This document shows positions 31,279 to 39,630 of a stretch of DNA of 64,000 nucleotides, in pieces. The notes beneath the pieces were generated by a model that saw only the letters and a list, made by a program, of their open reading frames with translations, did no database searches and was not told where the DNA came from. The stretch is from an uncultured delta proteobacterium. GTDB lineage: Bacteria; Desulfobacterota; Binatia; UBA9968. The position numbers and the translations under genes are program-made. Within the stretch, counting starts at the first letter, position 1, and each line of letters starts with the position of its first letter. The DNA lies in contig CAVUVW010000015.1 of assembly GCA_963745035.1 (NCBI GenBank), positions 128,001 to 192,000 on the forward strand, in the 5' to 3' direction.

Positions 31279-31307
31279 TTTATAACATAAGGTCCGATGC
31301 GCTTCAA
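31279..31307 (-). promoter_or_regulatory. Sigma70-type promoter for rpmE
   Basis: TTGAAG-17 bp-TATAAA with an extended -10 TG. Confidence 0.6.
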
Positions 31308-31367
31308 TCACGGCGCTCGGCGCTCCGGGCAGCGGATGCGAGATCCGACCTGCATTTTCCGTTTAGA

Positions 31368-31396
31368 TTGCCAAAAACCTCATAAGCCCCTAAAAT
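31368..31396 (+). promoter_or_regulatory. Sigma70-type promoter for the AAA ATPase gene
   Basis: TTGCCA-17 bp-TAAAAT. Confidence 0.55.
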
Positions 31397-31477
31397 GCGG
31401 CCCAAGCACCGGGAATGGGTGCCGAGATTTTCCAGAACCTAGGTTCTGAGGCCGCTAGATCGGAGGGTAAAATAGCC

Positions 31478-32761
31478 ATGAGCAAGCCGCAGCCAGCCAA
31501 CTCGCCGGCACCGACGTATGTTCCTCCCCTGCCATTGAAAGCAGAAAACACCCGGCTCGACTTCGGCTTTCTCGCTGATTTGGCTCTGAAGACCGTCTAC
31601 GCCGATGCCAATTGCGCAACCGACCGAGCCGCCGAGAGGCTCAAGTTATCCATGCCCATCACCGAAGAGTTGCTGCAGCATCTCTACCGTGAAAAATTCA
31701 TCGAAATCCGCGGTCTCTTGAGCTACGGCAACAACCGTTACGGTATGCTCGACCGCGGCTGGCAGCGCGCCCAGCAATTGCTCGAGATGAACGGCTATAT
31801 CGGTCCGGCGCCGGTCTCGTTGCACGAATACAGCGAAATGATCCTGCGCCAAAGCGCGGCGCGAGACCCGATTCAGCCGGAGGCGGTGACTTCGGCTTTG
31901 TCCGGGCTCGTTCTTCCCGACGGCACGGTGCAGACTTTGGGCTTGGTCGCCAATTCGCGCCGCAGCCTGTTCATGACCGGACCTTCCGGCAACGGCAAGA
32001 CCACGATCGCAACTGCCCTGCACGGCGCCCAGCACGGCGAGATCTGGATTCCGCACGCCATCGAAGTGGACGGGCAGGTGATCAAGATCTTCGATCTGCA
32101 CAACCATCAGCCGGTTCCAGTCACCGGCGCCGAGCGCTACGACGAGCGCTGGGTGCGGATCAAACGGCCGATCGTCATTGTCGGCGGCGAAATGACGATT
32201 GAGACCATGGACTTAATCTACAGCAGCACGGTTCGCTTCTACGAAGCGCCGTTCCAGATGAAGTCCAACGGCGGCACCTTGGTGATCGACGACTTCGGCC
32301 GCCAGCGGGTCGATCCCCACGATCTGCTCAATCGCTGGATCGTTCCGCTCGAAGGCGGCATCGATTATCTGACCCTGCACACCGGCAAGAAGATCGAGGT
32401 GCCGTTTGAGCAATTGCTGATTTTCGCCACCAACCTCGATCCGAGCGACTTGGTCGACGACGCGTTTCTCCGCCGCATGGGATATCGTCTCTATATCAGT
32501 CCGCCGGATCGGGAGATGTACGCGGCAATCTTCGAGCAATTCGTGCGCAAGAGCGGCTACGACTACGACCCCAAGCGCCTCGATTTCGTCTATCGGCTCT
32601 ACGAAGCGGACAAGCGGCCACTGCGCGGCTGCGAGCCGCGCGATTTGATCCAGCGCTGCACCGACCTCTGCAAGTACGAGAACCGCCCGCTGGTCTTGAC
32701 CGACGAGCTACTGCACTTGGCGTGGAAGAATTACTTCGGCGCGGCGCCGAGCGTGCAGTGA
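31478..32761 (+). CDS. Uncharacterised AAA+ ATPase
   Basis: Walker A GPSGNGKTT, Walker B LVIDDFGRQ, sensor FATN, DAFLRR arginine finger. Confidence 0.85.
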   Translation: MSKPQPANSPAPTYVPPLPLKAENTRLDFGFLADLALKTVYADANCATDRAAERLKLSMPITEELLQHLYREKFIEIRGLLSYGNNRYGMLDRGWQRAQQLLEMNGYIGPAPVSLHEYSEMILRQSAARDPIQPEAVTSALSGLVLPDGTVQTLGLVANSRRSLFMTGPSGNGKTTIATALHGAQHGEIWIPHAIEVDGQVIKIFDLHNHQPVPVTGAERYDERWVRIKRPIVIVGGEMTIETMDLIYSSTVRFYEAPFQMKSNGGTLVIDDFGRQRVDPHDLLNRWIVPLEGGIDYLTLHTGKKIEVPFEQLLIFATNLDPSDLVDDAFLRRMGYRLYISPPDREMYAAIFEQFVRKSGYDYDPKRLDFVYRLYEADKRPLRGCEPRDLIQRCTDLCKYENRPLVLTDELLHLAWKNYFGAAPSVQ

Positions 32762-32891
32762 GGGGAAACATCGCCCTGAGCAGGCCTACGCCAAGCGGGA
32801 GAGCCCCCGTTCACGAATGACATCGCCACTTCGGACGAGCTCGGTTCAGCGATCGAATTAATCTAAGCAGCCGCGAAACAACGGTATCCTG

Positions 32892-32993
32892 CTAATCCAC
32901 TTCAAATAGTTCCACCAGTCCTACGCGGTGCCCGCCGCCAATTCCGCTCACAATCGCGGTGTAAGCTCCAGGCGGCAAGGTGATTAAAATCGC
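32892..32993 (-). pseudogene. Orphan C-terminal fragment of an extracellular-protein domain
   Basis: AILITLPPGAYTAIVSGIGGG-RVGLVELFEVD* with no room for an N-terminus (EAL gene ends 26 bp upstream). Confidence 0.5.
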
Positions 32994-33018
32994 TGGCACT
33001 AATGCGGGCAAGAGGAAT

Positions 33019-34726
33019 TTACACTTTAATCTTCGGACTTGACGCTGCCGTTTGACTTTCTTTAGACGAATCATTGTCAGATTTTATCCAGTTCGTCATT
33101 TCTTGAGCCGTCAGTGGCCGGCTCATGAAATAACCCTGTGCCTCGTCGCAACCCATCGCAAGCAAGCGGTCCCAAACCTTTCGATTCTCAACTCCTTCGG
33201 CGATGACTTTCAGGCCGAGGTTGTGGCCGAGATCAATGGTCGACTGGACGATCTGCGCATCGCTTTGATCGACGAGCATATTCATGACAAATGATTTGTC
33301 GATCTTCACCGCACTAACAGGAAGTTTCTTGAGATACGCAAGTGACGAGTAACCAGTGCCAAAATCGTCCATGGAAAGCGTGATGCCCATTTTACTGAGA
33401 CGCTTCAGAATTTCTAATGAGCGTACGGGATCCGTCATTACGACGCTCTCGGTAATCTCAAGCTCGAGCTGACCGGCGGCCATCCGGTAATTTTCGAGCA
33501 GTTCCTTTACTTGATCGGGAAAACTTCCGTCATGGAGCGTACGCGCTGAAAGGTTAACGCTGATCGGCGCTTTTATCCCTTTGTCCATCCATGTCTGGAG
33601 CTGAGTCAATGCGGTTTTGCCTCCCCAGACTGTGATCGTTTTGATAAACCCGGTCCGCTCGGCCAACGTGACGAATCGATCAGGAGGAATTAAGCCAAGC
33701 CGGGGATGCTGCCATCGAGCGAGAGCCTCCACTCCGGTAATGGTCCCGGTCTTCAAGTCGACTTTCGGTTGGTAGGCCAGGAATAATTGGCGTTTCTCGA
33801 CGGCCCGGTGCAGCTCAGCCATGAGGGCCAGCCGTTCCGGACTGTATGAATCGCGTTCGAGAGAGTAGATCGCGTAACCGCTACTAGATTCCTTGGCCAG
33901 GTACATGGCGATATCCGCGCAACGCATGAGAGCGTCTCTATCCCCGCCATGATCGGGAGAAAGCGCGATGCCGATACTCGCTTGAACATCCAAGCCAATC
34001 TCGCCGATCTGAAAAGGCGATTCCAGCGCGCTCAAGAACTTGCGCGCCATGAGCTCAGCCTGCTCCCGATCCACGTCTCGAAGAAGAACCGCAAACTCAT
34101 CCCCACCGAGCCGGGCGACGGTGTCGTGTTTACGGACGGCCCCTTGCAGACGAAGTCCGACCTTTTGCAGGACGGAGTCGCCGGCCCGATGCCCAATCGT
34201 GTCGTTTATCTCTTTGAATCGGTCCAAGTCCATGAGCATCAGAGCAAACGGTTTAGCCTTGGACGATTCGGATGCGAGAAGTTCCTCGATCCGTTCGTAC
34301 AGCAGATTACGGTTCGGAAGATCGGTCAGTTGATCGTATCGAGCTGTGTAACGAATCCATTCATGGGCTCGCTTATTGGCTCTGCGGACTTCGGCATCTC
34401 GAAGCTCCCGTCCGATTGGTGCCCGAGACCAGCAGGAACGGTATGTCCAACCCGCTCTCGTGGAGAGCGGAGAGCGCGGCCAAGCCGCTAAAGTGCGGCA
34501 TGGCGTAATCTGAAATGATGATGTCCCAGGACTTCTTGGCGAGTGCCGCAGCCAAGCCTTCGGGGGTCTCGACGCGCTCGAACTCCGGTTGAAAGCCTCC
34601 TCGCGAGAGTCCCCGAATCAGTAACAGGGTATCATCTTCGGAATCATCAACGATCAATACGCGGAGAGGTTTGCCTATCTTGTCCCGGTGATCCGGGGCA
34701 GCGTCAAATGAGCCGTTGCTTGGCAT
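33019..34726 (-). pseudogene. REC-GGDEF-EAL c-di-GMP signalling protein with an internal deletion in REC and frameshifts; GGDEF-EAL part 33019..34239 is intact
   Basis: LIVDDSEDD...ISDYAMP...LLVSGT jumps to IGRELRDAEVRR; then YDQLTDLPNR, RLGGDEF, VEALARW, DDFGTGYSSL. Confidence 0.75.
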
Positions 34727-35347
34727 TTTTTACTTCCCGTTGATTAGTTGGAATCCCGATGGAGCAACGGTTGTGCCGAGAAAGGAAAGGAATATTGGCG
34801 GTCAGCAGTTGCAACGAGCCCGGAACGGGGCATTTTTGTGAGTAACAGAAAATTGCATCCAGTGACACAGGTGACAAGTTTGAAACAGCCGAGCGGCTAA
34901 TGACGTTGGGGCGGTGGTATGCGAGCTTGCGAGTCATCATCTAATAAGGAAACCGAGTCCGACGCACAAGCTGTAATACGCAGGAATGGTACCGATTGAT
35001 TTGATTACAACCAGGCTCCCAGGAAGAAACCAACGCACGCGTTGTGAGGGGATTTCTATTCCTCAGGGTCGACAAATAGCCCTCAGGCTCGGCGCGAAGA
35101 GTTGCGCCACGCGGTCATATTATCCGCGGCGAGCGCCACAACAATCGCATAAAAAGGCTCATCGCACGATTATCCGAAAGCCGGTCACGAACTCTGGGGT
35201 GACGTCTGGATGTCCAGACGATCAATAAAAAATTCTTCTGCAAAAAACTATTTTGGTGAACCGTTTACGGGCTAACGCAGGAGCGAACATGGATAAACAT
35301 GAACAATTTACCGATAGAGAGAACTTTAACAGCCTGCAAATATTTTT

Positions 35348-35423
<76 letters not shown>

Positions 35424-35464
35424 ACAACGGGAAGGATGAGTGATGAGTTTTGAATGCTGAGCTA

Positions 35465-35493
35465 AAAGTAGGAAAGAGCTCCCCAAAAGTCAA
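35465..35493 (-). promoter_or_regulatory. Sigma70-type promoter for tRNA-Ala
   Basis: TTGACT-17 bp-TACTTT about 40 bp upstream of the tRNA. Confidence 0.6.
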
Positions 35494-35557
35494 ACCCCGC
35501 CATCTTTAAAAAATAAAAATACCGCTTCTCAGTCCTCAGCACTCTTATTCGGCACTC

Positions 35558-37249
35558 CTATTTGCCGCGCGCCATCTCCTCAGCGTGCTTGCGGGTTTGC
35601 TCGGTGATTTTGACGCCGCCGAGCATGCGCGCCAATTCGGCGACTCGTTCGCGCTCGGAAAGCTCTTTCACGCGGGTGAAGGTGCGGCCTCTTTCCACAG
35701 CCTTGTGCACGACGAAATGCGCGTCCGCCAGGGCGGCGATCTGGGGCAAATGAGTCACACTGATGACCTGATGGTGCGACGCCACCTGTTTCAATTTTTT
35801 CCCGACGATCTCGGCGACGCGCCCGCCGACCCCAGCATCGACTTCGTCGAAGAGCAGAGTCGATACCACTCCCGGAGCCAGCACCAGCGCTTTGAGCGCG
35901 AGCATCAAGCGCGACAGCTCGCCGCCCGAAGCAATTTTGGCCAGCGGCTTGACCGGCTCGCCGGGATTGGGCGAGAAGTAAAATTCCACTTGGTCCATGC
36001 CGCGCTCGGTGAGTTTTTTGCCGGCGATGAAAAACGGTGGTTCGTCGGTTTTCTCGTCCTGGGTAGCGAAACGCACCTCAAAGACAGTCTCCGGCATGCC
36101 TAAACTTTTGACTTCTCTTTCCATGTCGCGCTTGAGTTTCTTCGCAGCGCGCTGACGCTCGTGGGAAAGCTTCCCCGCCATGTCCCAGGCGCTTTGCCGC
36201 GCCTCGGCAAAGGCCTTTTCCAACACGATGATCTGCTCTTCGCCCCGTTCCAAGTTGTTGAGCGCCGCCTGACTTTCTTCATGCAGCCGCAGGATGTCTT
36301 CGACCTCCGCGTTGTATTTGCGCTTGAGCCGCTGAATTTCCGCCAGGCGATCTTCGATCTGTTCGAGCGCGCGCGGGTCACAATGGACTTTTTCGGCATA
36401 GCGGCGCAGCGCCGCCGCCGCTTCTTGCAACTGCGCCAGCGAGGACTCGAGCAGCTCGAGCGTCGGTTGCAGGTTCGCGTCGATCTTCGCGAGATCGCGC
36501 AGCCGCGCCGTGTATTTGCTCAAGCCGCCGACGATCGCGGCGTCGCCTTCGTAGAGCAGCTCCTCGCCCTCGCGACAGCCTTGGTGCAGCTTTTCGCCGT
36601 GCGCCAGGATATTTTTGGTCGCGCGCATTTCCTCTTCTTCGCCCGGCCGGAGCCGCGCCTGGGCGATTTCCGCGGCCTGTCCCTCGAGCAGCGCCCGCTC
36701 GCGGCGTTTCCGTTCGAGCGACGCGCGCGCTTCGCCCAGTCGGTTCGCCGCCTGAGCTAGCGCGGCGTAGTTTTCTTTCATTGCCGGCGCCGGCAGGTCA
36801 CCGGTGAAGGCATCGAGCAGGTTGAGATGGGTCTCCGCCTGGAGCAGCGTGTGGTGCTCGTGCTGTCCGTAGATGTGCACCAGCGCGGCGCCAGCCTGCG
36901 CGAGCACGCCGAGCGGGCAAAGACCGCCGTTGAGGTAAATGCGATTGCGGCCCGAGCGACTGAGCACGCGCTTGATCACCAGCTCGCCGTCCACAGGAAA
37001 ACCCGCCTCGTCCAGCAGGCCCGCGACCCCCGGCGGCAGGGAATCGAACAGCGCCTCCACCGTCGCTTCCTCTTCGCCGCTGCGGATGATGTCGGCGGCA
37101 CCGCGCTCGCCGGCGATCAGTCCGAGCGCGTTGAGAATGATCGACTTGCCGGCGCCGGTTTCGCCGGTGAGAATATTGAGGCCGGCTTTCAACTCCAGCA
37201 CGACCTCGTCGATGATCGCGAAATTTTTTATGCGCAGCTCGCGCAGCAT
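35558..37249 (-). CDS. recN: DNA repair protein RecN
   Basis: TGETGAGKS, IYGQHEH, ASGGELSR, FDEVDAGVGG, VTHLPQIAA. Confidence 0.96.
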   Translation of the reverse strand: MLRELRIKNFAIIDEVVLELKAGLNILTGETGAGKSIILNALGLIAGERGAADIIRSGEEEATVEALFDSLPPGVAGLLDEAGFPVDGELVIKRVLSRSGRNRIYLNGGLCPLGVLAQAGAALVHIYGQHEHHTLLQAETHLNLLDAFTGDLPAPAMKENYAALAQAANRLGEARASLERKRRERALLEGQAAEIAQARLRPGEEEEMRATKNILAHGEKLHQGCREGEELLYEGDAAIVGGLSKYTARLRDLAKIDANLQPTLELLESSLAQLQEAAAALRRYAEKVHCDPRALEQIEDRLAEIQRLKRKYNAEVEDILRLHEESQAALNNLERGEEQIIVLEKAFAEARQSAWDMAGKLSHERQRAAKKLKRDMEREVKSLGMPETVFEVRFATQDEKTDEPPFFIAGKKLTERGMDQVEFYFSPNPGEPVKPLAKIASGGELSRLMLALKALVLAPGVVSTLLFDEVDAGVGGRVAEIVGKKLKQVASHHQVISVTHLPQIAALADAHFVVHKAVERGRTFTRVKELSERERVAELARMLGGVKITEQTRKHAEEMARGK

Positions 37250-37261
37250 AGGACCGTCCGC

Positions 37262-38113
37262 CTAACGCTCGCCCCACTTGAGTTTGTCGCGCAGGATCTC
37301 GTAATAGCTGCGCGACGGAAGCTTGATCAAAGACACCGGCAAACCGTAGTCGCGCGCCTCCACTTTGTCGCCGTTGTTGAGGCGCACGCCCTGCTGGCCG
37401 TCCGGACTGAGAATGACGGTGTCGCCGAACGAACGCAAAGCGACGCGGATCGTGTCGTCGCTCGGCACGACGATCGGGCGGTTGGTGAGCGTGTGCGGGC
37501 AGATCGGCGCCAGCACGATAGCGCCGAGGGTCGGCTCGAGAATCGGCCCCGCGGCGGCCAGAGAATAGGCGGTGGAGCCGGTCGGCGTCGAGATGATCAG
37601 ACCGTCCGCTCGGTAGGTGCAGAGATAATCCGCGCCGATGTAGGTTTCCAGATCGATGATCCGGCTGCGCGCTCCCTTGGTGATCACCGCGTCGTTGAGC
37701 ACGCGAAAGCGATGGATCCGGCGTTTTTTGCCGATGACCCGGATCTCCAGGGTCATGCGCTTTTCGACCTGATAATCACCCTCGAGGGTTTTCGTCAGAA
37801 TCGCTTCCAGCTCGTTCACCGCGACCTCGGTGATGAAACCCAAGCCGCCCATATTCACGCCGAGAATCGGCACCTCGGCGCGCTCGACCAGCGGCGCAAT
37901 GTTGAGCAAGGTGCCATCGCCTCCCAGCGAAATGATGAGATCGGCCTTGGCCGCCATCTCCTTTTTGCTGCACGATTGCGCGCCGGCGCCGGTCAAGCCG
38001 TTCTCCACGCAGACTTTCTTGCCGCGTTTTTTGAGCCACGGAATCAGCCAGCGAACCGCCTGTGCGGCTTTGGGCTCCTGATATTTGGCGACCAGACCGA
38101 CGGTACGAATCAT
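37262..38113 (-). CDS. nadK: NAD+ kinase
   Basis: GGDGT, LGF, LND, ADGLIISTPTGSTAYSLAAAGP. Confidence 0.95.
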   Translation of the reverse strand: MIRTVGLVAKYQEPKAAQAVRWLIPWLKKRGKKVCVENGLTGAGAQSCSKKEMAAKADLIISLGGDGTLLNIAPLVERAEVPILGVNMGGLGFITEVAVNELEAILTKTLEGDYQVEKRMTLEIRVIGKKRRIHRFRVLNDAVITKGARSRIIDLETYIGADYLCTYRADGLIISTPTGSTAYSLAAAGPILEPTLGAIVLAPICPHTLTNRPIVVPSDDTIRVALRSFGDTVILSPDGQQGVRLNNGDKVEARDYGLPVSLIKLPSRSYYEILRDKLKWGER

Positions 38114-38200
38114 CGACGCAGTTTCTCCTCGGCGAAGATTATCACATGGCGAAAAAAAATGTCCACGACGCAAGCGACGTCAAATGGTGAGCACGATTTG

Positions 38201-39136
38201 TTACACCACCAGGTTTCGCAGCCGCGAGCTCAGATAATCGACCAGCATGACCAATGCGATCAGTACCAAGACGATCGCCGCAGCTTCTTGATATTGAAAG
38301 GTGCGAAAGCTCGTGTTCATCAGGTAGCCGATGCCGCCGGCGCCGATCAGCCCCAAAACTGACGCGGCGCGGATATTGGTTTCCAAACGGTAAAGAGTGA
38401 ACGAGATCAAATCCGGTAAAATCTGCGGCAGCACCGCGAACGACAAAATCTGCGGATAGCTCGCCCCGGTGGCGCGCAGCGCCTCGACCACCCCCTCATC
38501 GATGTTTTCCGCCGACTCCGAGAGCAGCTTGCCCAGCACCGTCGCCGTATGAATCGCTAGCGCGAGAGTGCCGGCGAACGCGCCCAGGCCGACGGCCGCG
38601 ACGAACAGCAGCCCGAGCGCGAGATCGGGAATGGTGCGCACCAGATTGAGCGCGCTGCGCACCAGAGAATACACGTAGGGATGCGGCGTCATGTTGCGCG
38701 CCGCCAAAAAACCTAGCGGAAAGGCCGCGAATAGAGCCAAGAATGTGCCGGCAAAGGCCATTTGCACGGTCTCGAGGGTTGCCCCGATCACCGTCTGCGG
38801 AAAGGTGTTGTTCCACCAACGCTGGCGCGTGCGCGCCGCCTCGTCGCCGAGCGGCACCGGCAAGAGCAATTCGGGCAAGCTCAGCTCTTCAGGGAAAAAA
38901 TAATACTCCGGCGCCGTGACTTTGGTGAAATCCGGCGGCAGCATGCGCGCCAGTGTCGCGAAAATCTGCGGGATGCCGTCAATCAGCTCCGCCGGCTGGA
39001 TCTTCGCGCCATGAAACGACCAGAACAGAACGACGAAGCCGATAGCGATCGCCGCATACGATTTTTTCCCGTAGCGTGGGCGCGCCGGCGCCTCGCTAAA
39101 AATATCACCTTCGTCTCTTTTCCGTGCTTCCGCCAA
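38201..39136 (-). CDS. phnE: Phosphonate/phosphite ABC transporter permease
   Basis: ETVQMAFAGT, GKLLSESAENID, EAA loop, LETNIRAASVLGLIGAGGIG; TTG start at 39136 has an AGGGAG RBS (alternative start 39175). Confidence 0.88.
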   Translation of the reverse strand: MAEARKRDEGDIFSEAPARPRYGKKSYAAIAIGFVVLFWSFHGAKIQPAELIDGIPQIFATLARMLPPDFTKVTAPEYYFFPEELSLPELLLPVPLGDEAARTRQRWWNNTFPQTVIGATLETVQMAFAGTFLALFAAFPLGFLAARNMTPHPYVYSLVRSALNLVRTIPDLALGLLFVAAVGLGAFAGTLALAIHTATVLGKLLSESAENIDEGVVEALRATGASYPQILSFAVLPQILPDLISFTLYRLETNIRAASVLGLIGAGGIGYLMNTSFRTFQYQEAAAIVLVLIALVMLVDYLSSRLRNLVV

Positions 39137-39213
39137 TGGCTTCTCCCTTTGGTTTAGGCTCGTGTGCGAGCCCAACGCGCTTCGCGTGGGTTATTTATCG
39201 TCTGCGATAAACT

Positions 39214-39437
39214 CAGAACACTCCCGAGGCGCCCTCTGGAGGAGCAAAGGCATCGGCCCCCGAAGGCTTCATGGTTAGCAGAGTGCTGGGCACGATAACC
39301 GACCCTTTTCACCGAAGAGCTCATGAGATAGGCAAAACGCGCTTGCCCTACCATTTTACTTTTTACCGAAGCACAGGCCCATTGCCTTGCTCCGGAAGGA
39401 TCGCGCCTCAGCCGCCTCACAGGAATAATCCGCGCTC
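39214..39437 (-). ncRNA. Candidate ~220-nt structured RNA (rod with central bubble; unassigned, 6S-like topology possible)
   Basis: Nested long-range complementarity (GAGGCGC/GCGCCTC, GGAGCAAGGCA/TGCCTTTGCTCC, GGCC/GGCC, GCTTC/GAAGC, ATGGTAG/CTAACCAT); G-U pairs and a cUUCGg loop occur on the minus strand; promoter immediately upstream. Confidence 0.55.
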
Positions 39438-39443
39438 GCGCGC

Positions 39444-39473
39444 ATACTAAACCAGGCGCTCACGCGACGACAA
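39444..39473 (-). promoter_or_regulatory. Sigma70-like promoter driving the candidate RNA / phnE
   Basis: TTGTCG-18 bp-TAGTAT; predicted TSS ~39437 is within ~5 nt of the RNA closing stem. Confidence 0.45.
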
Positions 39474-39630
39474 GCTCGCCTTAGAGCGCGGTCTTTCGCA
39501 ACCCCGGAGATTTACCCACGTGCGCAAGCCATTTGACACGCGAGCTTCTTTTCGGCTAATTCTGCGCGTCAAGTTTTATGGGTCCGCGCCAACGACGGCG
39601 CAGGGCGAAGCTCAGCAAAGCGCAACAACG

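Noticed and set aside
36827-38362. Long antisense ORFs (also 49934..51511, 54366..55403, 59543..61681)
   Set aside because: Shadow ORFs opposite well-supported genes, as expected in high-GC DNA; no recognisable motifs.
39221-39400. Glycine riboswitch or SRP RNA on the plus strand (CCGAAG x3, TCCGGAAGGA)
   Set aside because: Lacks the CUCUCAGG and GGAAGCAGC cores; the matches are the reverse complement of minus-strand UUCG motifs.
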